A stretch of DNA of 64,000 nucleotides from Amoeboaphelidium protococcarum X5 (lineage: Eukaryota > Fungi > Aphelidiomycota): NCBI GenBank assembly GCA_023515725.1, contig JALDTO010000098.1, forward strand, positions 214,615 through 278,614, read 5' to 3'. The position numbers were made by a program, and so were the translations under genes. This document shows positions 1 to 12,785 of this stretch, one piece after another. The notes beneath the pieces are model-generated. The model saw only the letters and a program-made list of their open reading frames with translations. It searched no databases and had not been told where the DNA came from. The first letter of the stretch is position 1; every line of letters begins with the position of its first letter.

Positions 1-1
1 A

Positions 2-1180
2 GCACATGATCTAAATTCACAAGACTAGACGAGTACTGGTCGTATTTTAACGATGATTTTGACTTAAATGGCTGTTGGGCAAGACATAATACAGTTGTAT
101 CTTGGAAATCGGCTGCTTTATTCTCAAGATTTGGTAGACTAACTTCCGTCTTCATGGATTATTAACGAGCTCCCTGCTCTCTTGGTGAATAAAATTTAAG
201 AGGTAAAATATGCCGTGGCTCTGCTTAGACATTTGAAATCCTCCCGATATAAAGTATATATCGCGACATTAGCGAGGACTCACTTCTAGGCCACCTATTA
301 TTAAAAGGAGCATTTCGCGTATCAGCTGTTCATTGATCTAATACTACCCGCTATGCCGAGTACATTGTCCGATCTGATGACAATATACTGTAAATTCATA
401 TCCATTGAAGACGATAAGCACAAAATATAAACTGTAATGGAGTTGACGTCTTCAGTGGCTTCGCTTTTCTGGTAATTCAAAGTATATGCTCCCTAATAAT
501 AGCAGTGGTAGTAGTCGTAATAGCTAGCAATTATTAGCTCCCATATGTACAGTGATGATGTTCCCGAGTACGTCAGGCGTGGTTTCTAGTTGCTAGCGAG
601 TGATTAAAAGCTCAGTATATACAATTACAAATTTCTAGGTGACTTATACTCGACAATGCCATCGGATAAGCTATTGGCTACATTTGATCCATTATTTGGT
701 GGCGGCGCCGTGTTTGACGAACTGCCATTCGAGCGTTAAGTCCTTCTGGTTAAGACGATGAACATCCCTTATGAATGGATCAGCGATGAAGTCTTTACAC
801 GTTTAAGTTGCTCTGAGCGCTTTGAATTGCTTGCTGACGTGTATACTGATTTCAGCCAGTACGGTGCAATGAGTGATATCACCGATAACTTTGACATTCG
901 CTTAGATTTGGGTGACTATGACAACAGTCTAATCGAATTGCTTAGGAAAAGATTATCGGTCACAAATGGAGATGGGAATGAACACCGTCGTAACATGTCC
1001 AGGATCGGTCGTTAAATAAGATTATGCCTCTAAGAAGAAAAGAGGGAATCTAGTAATACACTCACATCCTATTACTGCCTACTGCTGAAGCGTATCTAGA
1101 GTTTGGAGACTGATTTGGAAAGTGTTCCTGAGATTCCCCAGAAGCGATTAAAACGGAAAGCAATGGACGATGAGATTTGA
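2..1180 (+). CDS. Orphan protein, 5'-truncated; paralog of the adjacent secreted protein at 1962-3557
   Basis: Open from position 2 to TGA 1178-1180 when TAR=Gln. Aligns with the next gene (e.g. LLATFDPLFGGGAVFDELPF vs LLATFDPFFGSGAVYDELSF). Ends in a basic PQKRLKRK motif. Confidence 0.8.
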
Positions 1181-1961
1181 TGGAGCCAACAGAAACTACC
1201 AATCTGGTAGATTTTGATAGTTGTGAGTGCTAATCTCGCATCTTAATCATTCGAGACAGAATAATAGAAAATGATTAATTAGATTTTAGTTTGTGACGAT
1301 CCCATGAGGAGTGAGTAACGCGCACGGAACTGAGTTTGCTATAAAGTAAGTCGGTGTAAAAGCACTTCCTGTTTGAGCGACTTTGTTTCAGATCCTTAGC
1401 ATAGATTTAATAAAAAAGCCTTTTCCCATGGCACTCAAATTGCATTACATGGTGCATATTAATACGATTAGATTCCCATTCTGTTTTCAGATTTTAAACG
1501 GCTTATTTACGGTAGTTTAGCCACATATGGATTCGCCTTTTCACTCAGATCAATCCATGCTTCATACCGACTCAACTCGTTCCTCAGTGCGCTAAAAAAG
1601 TACGGAGATTATGAGTGATCAAAGCTGCAATACCTCAACTCGCTCCCAAGGTCCAATCAGAGTCAATTAATTATTTTTATTTACATCTTCTTGGTCTACT
1701 TGGAAGCATCAAAGCGGGTTCAAGTTAAATTGATCTGATATTCAATGGTAATTACTCTGAAGATTCTCGTGACTCGGAGCTCCAATCATTCGATCTGTGG
1801 GGTTGCGCTGATCGTGATTTTTAGAGTCTAGTCTAGCACTAGAGGCTTGCTATTGGCGCCCCTCAATTTGTCCCCGCTTTTGTGCCTGATTTAAGGCATA
1901 GCCTTATATAAGGTAAATCGTTAGATATATCAATTTTATTTTCATATATTCTGACACCGTA

Positions 1962-3557
1962 ATGATAATATTTTGGTTTGGTGTCGCGTCGTTTCTATTG
2001 CCTGCTGTGATATGTGAGAGCTGGTCTCAGGTAATGTTAACGCGTAAAGGACTTAATGCTGCAGACAGCTATGACCTCTTGTACAGCGTTGCTGATTTAC
2101 GCCGATAATGCCAGCCATTCATGGAAGATATGGTTTTCTTTGAACCGGTGCGTAGTGATGAGATTAATGACAACTAATATGCGACCAATGTTGGAGTACC
2201 TAGTTATAAATTAGACATATCTCAATTCGTAAAGTCTCTTGCTGCTGCCCTGGAAAGATAGATTAATGTCGCTGACTATGTACTTTGTCTATTCCCTTTT
2301 TATAATGAGCTTATGTAAAGCCTGCTTGACATAAGCATTTCATCTATCAAGTATGTAAATCAGCCGGATGCTTTGAATGCACCTGAGGGTGGTAGCACTG
2401 GCCAAATTTTAGTCATGATATTTACTTAACTGGCTTCAGGGTAAGATAGAATATAGGTAAATCTTGGCGGCTAGATTAGGTATTCTCCTGATTTACTGGA
2501 CTTACTTCCCTCTTATTGGATTATATATTAGCTTCCCGCTTTTCTGGTGAGTAAATTGTAGGATGCCCATTATGCCGTGGCTGTGCTGAATCTTTTAAAA
2601 TCCTCTCGTTATAAACCATCTGTCGCAGCATTAGCAAGAACTTACTTATATGCCACTTACGTAAAAAGGAACGATTTCACGTATCAGCTCTTCCATGACC
2701 TTTTACTACCGACAACGCGCAGTACAATGTCGGATGTTATGACAATGTTCTGTAAATTTATATCCGATGAAGATGAGAAGAATAGAATTTAGTCTGTGAT
2801 GGAGTTGACCTTCTCTGTCGCTTAGATTTATTGGTCGTTTAAGTCATATATTCCTTAATAGTAGTAGCAGTAGAAGTTGTACGCGTCGTAGAAAACAATT
2901 TTCATGGCCGCTATTAATGCTCGTATGACTAGTTTGGATGTTCCTAATTATGTTAGGAGTGGATTTGAGTTGCTATCAAAAGATCAAAAGCTGTCCATAC
3001 ACCATTACAAGTTTTTAGGAGAAATTTACAATACCATGTCATTGGGCAAGTTGTTGGCAACCTTTGATCCCTTCTTTGGTAGTGGCGCCGTGTACGATGA
3101 GCTTTCCTTTTAACGTCAAGTCCTTCTGGCTGAATAAAAGAACATTCCATTCGAATGGATCGGTGATGGAGTGTTCAAGTGTCTGAGTTACGCCAGGCGA
3201 TTTGAGTTGCTTGCTGACGTTTTTATCGATTTCTAGCAGTACAGTTCTATCAGTGATATCACTACCGATTTTGAGTAACGTGTCTAATAAGGTGAGTTTG
3301 ATAACAGCCTAGTGGCATTGCTTAAGTACAAGTTATCGGAAAAAATTCATGATTTAACGGTGTCAAAACTCAGCATGATAAGTGTTGGCGTTTAGATCAG
3401 ATATTGCCTTGAGTAATAAGAGAAGCAACCGGGCAATCCAAGCACGGGTTACTTCTGTCTACTATTACAGCGTATTAGTCATTTGGATACTTATTCTAAT
3501 GAGATGCCTGGCAAGTCCAAGAATAGGAAAATACATAGTGCTAATCAAGTTAGTTGA
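1962..3557 (+). CDS. Orphan secreted protein (~531 aa), tandem paralog of 2-1180
   Basis: ATG 1962 to TGA 3555-3557 in one frame under table 6. N-terminus MIIFWFGVASFLLPAVIC-ES looks like a signal peptide. No recognised domain. Confidence 0.8.
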
Positions 3558-3673
3558 TATAGCTGATGCAAATTTTTTAGCTGGATGAATTCTAACATTT
3601 AGTGAATTCAATTAATACACGATTAGAAATAAAATTAGAGATGTAAAATCCGTATTATTATTGCTAATCTTAT

Positions 3674-6600
3674 TCAAACTTTCAATTTGCATAAATGCTT
3701 TACAGATCCCATGTGCCAATTGTCAAGATCATCTGATACAATAGCTTCGTCGTCATCGAATCCCATAATGGTTCCTTTAGTACCTTTTAAATCTGAATCC
3801 ACAAACACACATAGATCCTTCTTAACAGGCGGTACAGGCACCACTTGGCTGGAATTGACTTGGAAATCTTTCTCTGTCTGAGAATCGCAAAACACACCCG
3901 ACTGACCACCATCATTTACCGATTTTATCCAACCTTCTGCACCATTGTAAGTGACAATGATATCCTCAATAAGCCACGCACCTTGTAAGAATGAATATGT
4001 TCCATTTTCAGTCTGCTAATTACCATAACCATCAGTGGCATTGCTATAATTGTTGACGGTGTTCTATGAAGATGTCTAATCAGCAGTATAATCATCAACA
4101 GGGCGTTAAATGTTTGGAGTGGCAACTTGCTGGCGATAGTCTTTCGGAGTTGCAGCAAACTATCTTCCTAAATCTGCATCCTACTACGAACCAGATGCTG
4201 ACTATTGAGGCTGTGAGGCCATACCAGAGTAGACCATCGGGGTCTTGGCAGCTGCATCCCACGCTGGAGTTTTCATACCATCAGCTCCACTAATAACATT
4301 AGGTGTCTGTGAGCCACTATACACGTTTGGAGTCTTGGATCCCCCCATCGGAGTCTGAGCACCAGCGGCTCTTCTACTAAAGTTGTCTCCACCAGATGAA
4401 GACTACGACTGCGACATAGATCCATTCTTATTCAATGATCCATAAAGCATGACAGCGGTATGGGGAACATTCACAACCTTGCCGTTAGAGTTAAGCTCGA
4501 TTCTACACCCCTTCTCACTAACAGTCTTGACGCTTCCCTAGTATCCTTTGTACGGGCCTTGTGTGATCGTTATAGTCTTATGTAGAAGATTCGCAGTCTC
4601 TCGTGGAACTCCCTGACCAATACGAGCCTGAGGGCGCATCTAAGTAGGTGGTGCCATTTAAGGCTATTGCAGATTATCATACACACCAGCATTAGTACGG
4701 CCAAGCAGCTGTACAACTCTAGATCTAACCACAAATACACCACTTGTATCATGGAACTGTTTATTATTCAAAAGGAATACCCAATTGCGATAGACATGCA
4801 GTACAGTGGCTTTCATCCCACCATGTTCACCACTAAGCACATTAACAATATTACCCACTTTAAGACTATTGTTCTAAGCATCAAGAGCTGTTGCCAATTT
4901 GGTATCCTTCTTGCTAGTTATTTCTTGAGCCTTCACAGTCTTCAAGATTCCATTCTAATCAAGAACTCTAAATAAGCCATTCTCCACCTTCACAATAACG
5001 CCGACATTACTTATACCCAGTTAAACGAAATCATGAACCTTGTAGATGGAATCCTTCTCTCCCACAATGCTATCCACCACGGCGCTTTACAAATCTTTCA
5101 TAAATACCTCATACTAAGTCTTGGTAAGATCTGAGAATATACTGGCAATATTTCCATTCACTTAAGTCACCATACCCGAATGATCCTTGTACTTACCGCG
5201 CACCACCTGTACATGATCACCAACATGGAAAGTCTTTATGAGCTTACTTGGCTCAATCACCACATCACCGACATTCAGATTGTGCATCTTCAACGTTATA
5301 AGATTCTGTGCTTTATCCACAGCAGTAACCACACCTTTTGCATTGACCAAATCACCCTCGGCAATAGAAACTAAATCTCCGACAACAAACTCTGCAGATT
5401 ACTTCTTACCCTTCTCTGATCGATCAGAATGGCCTTATTGACCGGCAGCTCCATTATCATTGACGGTATTCAAATCAATCTTCTCCCCATCAGAAAGAAC
5501 TGAATTGAATTTGGCAATCTCATCCAGCGATGGAGAGATATTCTGAGTATCCACGCCATTCATCTTGATGGTCTTGATCATGAATCCATTCTAATCAAAT
5601 TGTTCGCCTCTAAACAAATACATGCCACCTCGTTTGTCCAGGTGTTCATTTGTCGATACGTCCTTAACATTGAAGAATCTCTAGGCAGGTCGCTAGGAAA
5701 TTCGCTGCCTTCTGCTCTTCTACTTGGCATCGTCTCCTACTCCCCTCCTTCTGTCTTACGAACTCGTCTGAGCCGCCAGATCCAATCTCGGAATCAATCT
5801 GATTTACAATGAAGCATAATTCTCTGCAACATCTAGTACCTGTGCCAAATCTCCTTTATACTTACCTCTCTTGACACGCACCCAAGAATTTAATTGCAGC
5901 TCAGCCTTAAATTTCTTTGGTTGCAAGACTTGAGTCATTTCATTCAGAGGCACCAGTGTGATCTTGCTAGCATAAATATTGTTCATCTTGTCGACAGCCA
6001 CCTGCACATCTCCCATAGATCTTGCCTCGACATAGAGAAATCCCTTCAGATTATCGCGCGCAACCACAGACTTAATGTTAAGTGAGTGCCCTTTCTCTTT
6101 AAAAGCGATAGCTTTACGCATAAGATTGATAGCAATATCACGCTCTCGTCCGTACTTACATTTCACCAGCCACAGTTTAGGATCATTCTACGTCGGCTGT
6201 AAGAACTACTGCGGAATATAATTGGAATCACCTCTGAAAACAGCTGATGGACCTCTATATGCTCCGCGACCATAGCGCTCCTTATATCGCTGCGTCAGAG
6301 CCTCAACATCTTCATCTTCACCGGCCTGCACTTCTCTTTATCTATCTAGCTGGCGGTAAATCTATGGCTGCAATTACTCGGCTTCATTAGCTTCATTCGC
6401 AATGAAATCCAAATCTTCACCCTCATCATAGAAATCATCGTCGTCGTCGCTCTCATCAACCTCGGCTTCCACTTCAATAAACTGGTTTCTCTTCACCTTT
6501 TTATTAGACCTTTACTTGCTTGGGCGTTCATCTTCATCTTCATCATCCTCCTCTTCTTCTTCTTCTTCACTATCCTCCTCGCTATTACCCAATCGATCCT

Positions 6601-6733
6601 CATCTTCATCATTGCCGATGCTGTCATCGTCCTGCTCCTACTCAGACTGCTCAGCATCCATATCCACGTCGTCCTCCTCCTCTGCCAATGATCTCTTCCG
6701 CTTACCATCATCTTCCTTATTTGATAAAGTCAT
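3674..6733 (-). CDS. SPT5: Transcription elongation factor Spt5
   Basis: Single 1019-aa frame under table 6. Acidic N-terminus, DPKLWLVKCKYGRE NGN domain, KGFLYVEA, several KOW motifs (VRVKRGKYKGDLAQV; GPYKGYQG) and GSxTP C-terminal repeats. Confidence 0.95.
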
Positions 6734-6935
6734 TTTCTAATCAGTGTCGGCCATTTTCTATCTATCGATGTAAAAAAATGTTGAATATACCACAATTTGT
6801 AGTCAAAATGAATTGAAATGAGTGCCGACAGAAGAAGAAAAAGATTTGGAGAAAGTGAACAAATGAAACTCATCGCTTGGAGAACGATCGACATATCACT
6901 GAAAGTCTTTACCGAACAACTGCATCTTCACTAAC

Positions 6936-7733
6936 TCATTTTATCCGCACGAATAATGCACCGCGATTTTAAACAATATATCCTTCGTTTGAGTCCATAT
7001 GTTTCGACATTTTGACGTACAATCGATGGGTCGGATCTGCGAGAATACTGAGATTGACCACCACCCACACGAGACATGCAATGACACACGCATCAAATCG
7101 GGAGAGTAACATAAATGCAGTGTATATCATAATTTCAGCTAGATAGTGCGGATTAGATGTGTACTTGAACCAGGATTTAATTGGAACGGTATACTTTTTC
7201 AGAGAGGCCAGATGAGAATGTGATTAAAACTGTATAATCTATCCACCAGTGAACAGTATCAACGCGATTACATTCAGAAATGATGTATCGGAACTACCTT
7301 GGCTTCGTGTCTGGAATATCATTGAAGTAACCACGTAAAATGAAATGCCAATAAAGTAATGAATAATCAGCATTTGAGACTGCCGACATGAGGACGACTT
7401 ACCGTTATTAACTTGAAACGCAAAACATTCAATCACGCGTCTGACCAGATGCAGCATAAACAGTGATTAGACTAAAGTGGGTCTATCGCCATTATACATC
7501 ACGCAGAAAATATTACATAATGCCCCAACAATATAGAAGTGGATAAACCAAGATTTTGGGACTTTTAAATTGTTAATCAACATATACAAACTACTGTTTT
7601 GAATTGAATTATCACCGTTCAAGTGTTTTCCGTAATTTAACGCAAGATCTTTGAGTCCTTCAAGTTACTGAGCCAATATTGCTGCAACAGTCATTCCTAA
7701 ATAATATACTATAAACAGAGTATCTAAATTCAT
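6936..7733 (-). CDS. Polyprenol reductase / steroid 5-alpha-reductase family (DFG10/SRD5A3-like)
   Basis: 265 aa. LNYGK, VPKSWFIHFY, HLVRRVIEC and PHYLAEIMIY motifs. Hydrophobic. Confidence 0.85.
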
Positions 7734-7937
7734 GGCTATGTTATAATGTAAAGTCAATGTCTGTGGATTGATCGGACAGTTGACTCGAGTTAATTATGTC
7801 GAGCCACGAAAAGCTCGTGTTGGCCGCGCTCTTCGCCGAAGGTTGTGCACCGACTGAACATCGAGATATTACAGTTAGAAAATTTAGCTATTATAGGAAC
7901 AAGAATTCAATCTTCAATGTAATGGTACCGTACTCAA

Positions 7938-8723
7938 TCAACGTTTATAAGGATAGTCTTTGACCAACTGAAACCTTTCTGGATAGTAAATTTCCAGCAT
8001 GCGATCAACGTACTTGACCAAATTTGCTTTGGACCAAACAATCTGCCTAAAATGTTCTTAATGAGGAGCTGATGCATAGACCATGTTGACCAGTAAGCCA
8101 AAAACAGACGCGTCATACTCTGGATGAACTTGATCACCCAGCAGATACTTTTTAGAGCCCAAAAACGCGCTCAGATTCGTCAATGCTTCTTCAATAAACT
8201 TTAATACTTACTCCGCAGAGTGTCTACCCACACCCTGCTCATACAGTTTCTTCTTCATGCCGCTGACAACGTACCATTTGAAAAAATAATTCACAACCAT
8301 GGAGAGTTTGGGAGCGAACATAACATCCCAGAAATAGTCTCCACCATCCTACCATCTCTAATAGAGGCACAAAAAGTACATCCACTCCTCGACCATGGAT
8401 TTAAAAGAGTATCCAATAGCTAACTCTTGCTCTGAATACGACAATGATGGAGTTTACAAGTCCAGCTTCTTCTCCAAATACTAGATAATGAGAGCAGAGT
8501 CCGCCACGATCTCTCCCTAGTACTCAATGAACGGGAGTTTCCCAGTCGGGGAGTTTCCCATTTCACTCATTCTGGTTATCTTTTCATACTTCACGCCTCT
8601 GATTCTCAGATACGTCTCCACCTTGACCACAAAGTTTGACAATGCCGGCGGAATCGGCTCACGCGGGCAGTTGGGAAAGCTGTATAGTTTCAATACATTT
8701 TGATTCTATTCCTAATCGCTCAT
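7938..8723 (-). CDS. FAX (failed axon connections)/metaxin-like GST-fold protein
   Basis: 261 aa under table 6. SNFVVKVETYLR, SPTGKLPFIEY-GEIVADSALII, QGVGRHS, LGSKKYLLGD, DASVFG. Its frame is absent from the ORF track. Confidence 0.85.
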
Positions 8724-8917
8724 TACAGTGCCGTAGCCGTATACTATTGATCGTCAATTGGGCACGATTAGAGAACGACTATCTTTTCTAAAGCAAAGTA
8801 AGTGGTTAAAGCCTCACATTAAATTCCCCTGAATTTGTCAGCTGTTGATAAAAATTGATTCGTACTATTTATTAGAAATAAAGAAATAGGTTAATAAGAT
8901 TTAATAAGTACCTCGAT

Positions 8918-9604
8918 ATGGAGTCTGATTTTAGAAAGGAATTTTCATCATTTAAATAGAATTAGTCCAAGGCATCCACCTCATCTTCTGGCTTCCAGTT
9001 CAAAGACTTTAATGTGCCTCTCCTAAAGAATGTCTCTTTGCCTTCGATATCATTAAACTCCAATCCGGCGGTCAATTCCGTGTCATAGAACAGTAATAGT
9101 GGGGGAGGCGGTGGCTCATGGATGTCCTCAGTATAAAATCGATCGTACGCTCTCACTTACGGATTGATGTCCTTTGGTGGGGCTCTATTAATGACAATGA
9201 TTATGTTCTGGTCTATTCCGCTCATTGTGTTGCGGCCCAGTAAGTTTATGCTTCTGTACGTGATTTGTATGGTTCTCTTGTATGTCGGATACTTGTTTAT
9301 GAGAATAGCTTATGGTTCATCTAGGACGTTTGGACGAGCTATGTTAGACACCATTTATGACACGTCTGGGGATGGTCGTGATTTCAGTCAAAGGTTAAAT
9401 TATGGAATGGTTGGGAACGTGGTGATGATACTACTCATGCTCTACGGCACTCTAGTCCTCCAGAGTCAACTATTCTGTGTATTTCTGATTATAGTCCAAT
9501 TCTCTAGCGTGTTCTTATTTATTGGACGTCTCGTGTGTGGTACAAGAATGTCTTTGGTTACATCTGTGTTCTAAAGGTCAGCCTCAAGTTTTCTTCCTCT
9601 ATGA
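8918..9604 (+). CDS. SFT2: SFT2/Got1-family vesicle transport membrane protein
   Basis: 228 aa. Four hydrophobic segments, PLIVLRPSKFMLLY motif, C-terminal FLPL. Confidence 0.7.
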
Positions 9605-9930
9605 CTTCTGAGTGGATTTGCGATTTAGATTCCGTAACATTATGATGCCTGTGGCCAATAGAGATTGTGTTATTGTCGCGCTCTGTAACTCTGTCTGATT
9701 CGAGTGTTGCATCTTGGGTGCCACAAACGACGTGGCAGATCAAACTCTAACCGACTGATCCGGCTTATAAATATCACACTGGGATCAACCTGATCTTTTT
9801 TATTCTTTTGTTTCATACATTCAGATTTGGTCATTTGATTTTGAATCCTTTTAGATTTATAAATCTATAAATTAGTTGTCCTATCCTCATATAATCCACA
9901 TAGAATATATAGATTATTGATTGATTCGGA

Positions 9931-10992
9931 ATGAGGCAAATCACTGATACAATTGCCGCTGATTAGATGAGCATTCGAGATTAGATTGATCTTGCAGCGA
10001 TCACGCGTAATCGTTAAAGTACTGGCGTCGTTTCAAATGCTGTCTACTAGTCTTACGGTCAACCAATGCAGGGCAGGTTGCTTCGTCGCGTCGGCGCTCC
10101 TACACTCACATTATCTCCGTCAGATGCCTATATGTACAAACTCGACAAGGCAATTGGGCGCAATGCTTCTGCTTAAAGTCGCTTCATGCTGGACATGCTG
10201 AATAACTCACTGATGGAAATGCTGAATGATCACCTCGGCTAAACAAAATCTTTTGGTGATGCCTGCTTTACTATACTGGCTACCGTTTGCAATAGCGCTT
10301 AATATGCGCAGATGCAAGCATTTATCTAGGTCATGTTCAGAAGAGCAGATCTGCCCACGTTTGCCTTAATTCTAGCTAGCAGTTACATAAAGCGGTATCT
10401 GAATGATAAAGGTGAGAGTCTGGTGCCAATGCTTCTTCGCGTTATAAAGCTGGGCTGTGTCTCATCTCTTACGGAGTGCATCAAGATTCTCAACACTGTG
10501 CTTATCACTTCGTGTATGATCGCTAACGATTTTCTGGATGACAATGCGTACTCCACGCGGACTTGGTCTGCAATAACTGGAGTGGCGTGCCGGTCACTGG
10601 CTACTTTTAAGCGCGGCATGTTGTTGTTGCTCGATTGGGATCTGAAACTTGATTCCATCGTTTCTGATCGACACGGCCTCACTGAACAAGATCGCTGGAT
10701 TTCCTTCTGCTTCAACGTGTGCTTTGATCTACATAATGCTAACCGTCGTACTGTTATTCACAAGGGTCAGCCTGATAAATCTTACGAAAAGCCCAGAGAT
10801 GTGATGGTGTACTCTAATGAGCAGCGACTACCAACTCCCGAGTTTGAGTCGAATGTAACGCAAGTTGATTCTACATCCGCAATGTCCATTCATCGCGCTT
10901 CTGATACAGCTAATCAATAGACTGAAAGTGATGATGATAAATTTGCTGCTTAGAAGCGACGCGGTAAACGATTCAGAAGTGTCTCGATGTGA
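9931..10992 (+). CDS. PHO85-type cyclin (PCL/Clg1-like)
   Basis: 353 aa. FILQVMFRRADLP..FALILASSYIKR-type helix and MIANDFLDDNAYSTRTWSAITG...LLLLDWDL cyclin box. Confidence 0.75.
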
Positions 10993-11138
10993 TGATAAAT
11001 ATAGATGATGAACGCATTAAGTAATGAATAATATAAACATTGTATTAAATCCAAAGACTTTATGGCATTGAATCGCTTTTTTGATGAAGAAGAGTCGCTA
11101 TTCAACAAAATATCTATTAGAACCAAATAATGTCATTA

Positions 11139-11588
11139 TCATTTCGATGTCGACTATTGATTGCTCTGAGACTCTGAGCCAGTCTTCTCCAGAGCCTTCA
11201 ACTCCATTTCCAGCCTCTCTTTGGCGCGTACAACTTTCGACTGTAGATAGAAAGATCCGCCCTGCTTCTAATCGTTCACTTTGAATAAATGATCATAATT
11301 CTTCTAGACCATCTCCACCGCGCTTTATCGCGTATTTTACTACCGATACTTGTCCATGAGACTCTTATATTCCACATTCAGGATCTGGGCAGCTTCCTCT
11401 GCAGATAAACCAGTGCGTCTGGTGAGCTCTGAAAAAGCGCGACTTGCACCACCTTACGCAGCCTCAGCCGCCTACTGTCCAGCCTTTTTTCCACCATTTG
11501 CCAGGGCTTACTGATACGCCTGCAGGAAAGCTTTACCAAATACAGATGCACCCGCAATAATAAGCTAAATTATAATTTTAGAGGACAT
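11139..11588 (-). CDS. PAM16: Mitochondrial import motor subunit Pam16/Tim16
   Basis: 149 aa under table 6. IIAGASVFGKAFLQAYQQA, GLSAEEAAQILNV, YDHLFKVND..GGSFYLQSKVVRAKERL. Confidence 0.92.
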
Positions 11589-11769
11589 CACAATCGCTAT
11601 TTTATATCCTGTATTCTCAACACTATCGTTGATATGAAGAACAATGATGATGAAATTTCGATATTTTCTTCAAGACAAGAGCGCGATCGGATCTTCTTAT
11701 CTCACTTTTAATCGTTACCATTTACAATAGATCGCTGCAATCTAGCCTCCGATATATAAATACAGATAG

Positions 11770-12744
11770 ATGAAATTGGAGAAATTTCCTACTTGGATAG
11801 AGATTTAGATTATGCTGTTTAGTGCATTGGCATTCTGGGCGATGCACTTGATAATTCACCCGTGCTTGATGTTGGTGCCTGCTTACCGCGCTGCAGCTTC
11901 ACTGCCAAAGGGCTCTAATCAAAGCGAATGGATTCGACGCGTCAACTCTATCAGATTTGGTCTATCGCTGCCATTTTTAATGTACAATTATGATTTTAGG
12001 AGTATGAAATACCAGTGTAATACTGTACCGCTGCATAGCTGGGATAATTTCGTATACTCCATACGGACGTTGTGGATGTACTCGCTTGGATACACGCTGT
12101 ATGACACTATCCAGATGATTTGGCTTCTGTTGCCATCCAAGCAATAGAATGGATAGCGCAACGCTCAAGCATAGAAGGTTGGGTACGAAATGCTTATCCA
12201 TCATTTGATCATGGGCATCTCCATATATAGCCAGGTTGATCAACCATTCCGTGAAGATGCCGCGCTGCTGCTGCTCTCTGCTGAATTCAGTTCTCCATTT
12301 TTGAACTTTCGATGGATTTTGATGCGAATTAAGGACTACATTCTTTAATCTAATGGTACCTCTTAAAATCTCAATAATGATAAAGAGGACTCTGGAGAAT
12401 AGCAAAAGATTTTACCTAAATGGTATTCCAGGCTCTATCTCGCAAATGGAATCTTGTTGTGGTTGAGCTTCTTTGTTTTCAGAATTCTAACGATGCCTTG
12501 GTTCATTTACGAGATGTTGACGGAGCAGGGATATACTACAAGTTACGGCTAGCTGGCTTACGCTTCATACCTAGTCATCATGGGTTATATGAACTTAAGA
12601 TGGTTTTCTACTATCACTGTAAAGATTCTGTCTTATGTGGGCATTGGTAGGAGCAAGAAGCCGGATTAATCATCTGCTAAAGGTCGCGTTAATAGTCGTG
12701 CAGCTAATGGGGGTGGTAAGATAACGAACAAAAAGACTCAGTGA
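11770..12744 (+). CDS. TLC (TRAM/LAG1/CLN8) domain membrane protein
   Basis: 324 aa. SLGYTLYDT, MLIHH, AEFSSPFLNFRW. C-terminal KKTQ ER-retrieval motif. Confidence 0.8.
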
Positions 12745-12785
12745 TCGTATATTATAACTTTCATAATCCATCTTTCTACTATTTC

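Noticed and set aside
1200-1900. Possible minus-strand gene between the tandem paralogs
   Set aside because: The minus-strand frames I read hit TGA within about 70 codons and show no recognisable motif. At most an unidentifiable relic.
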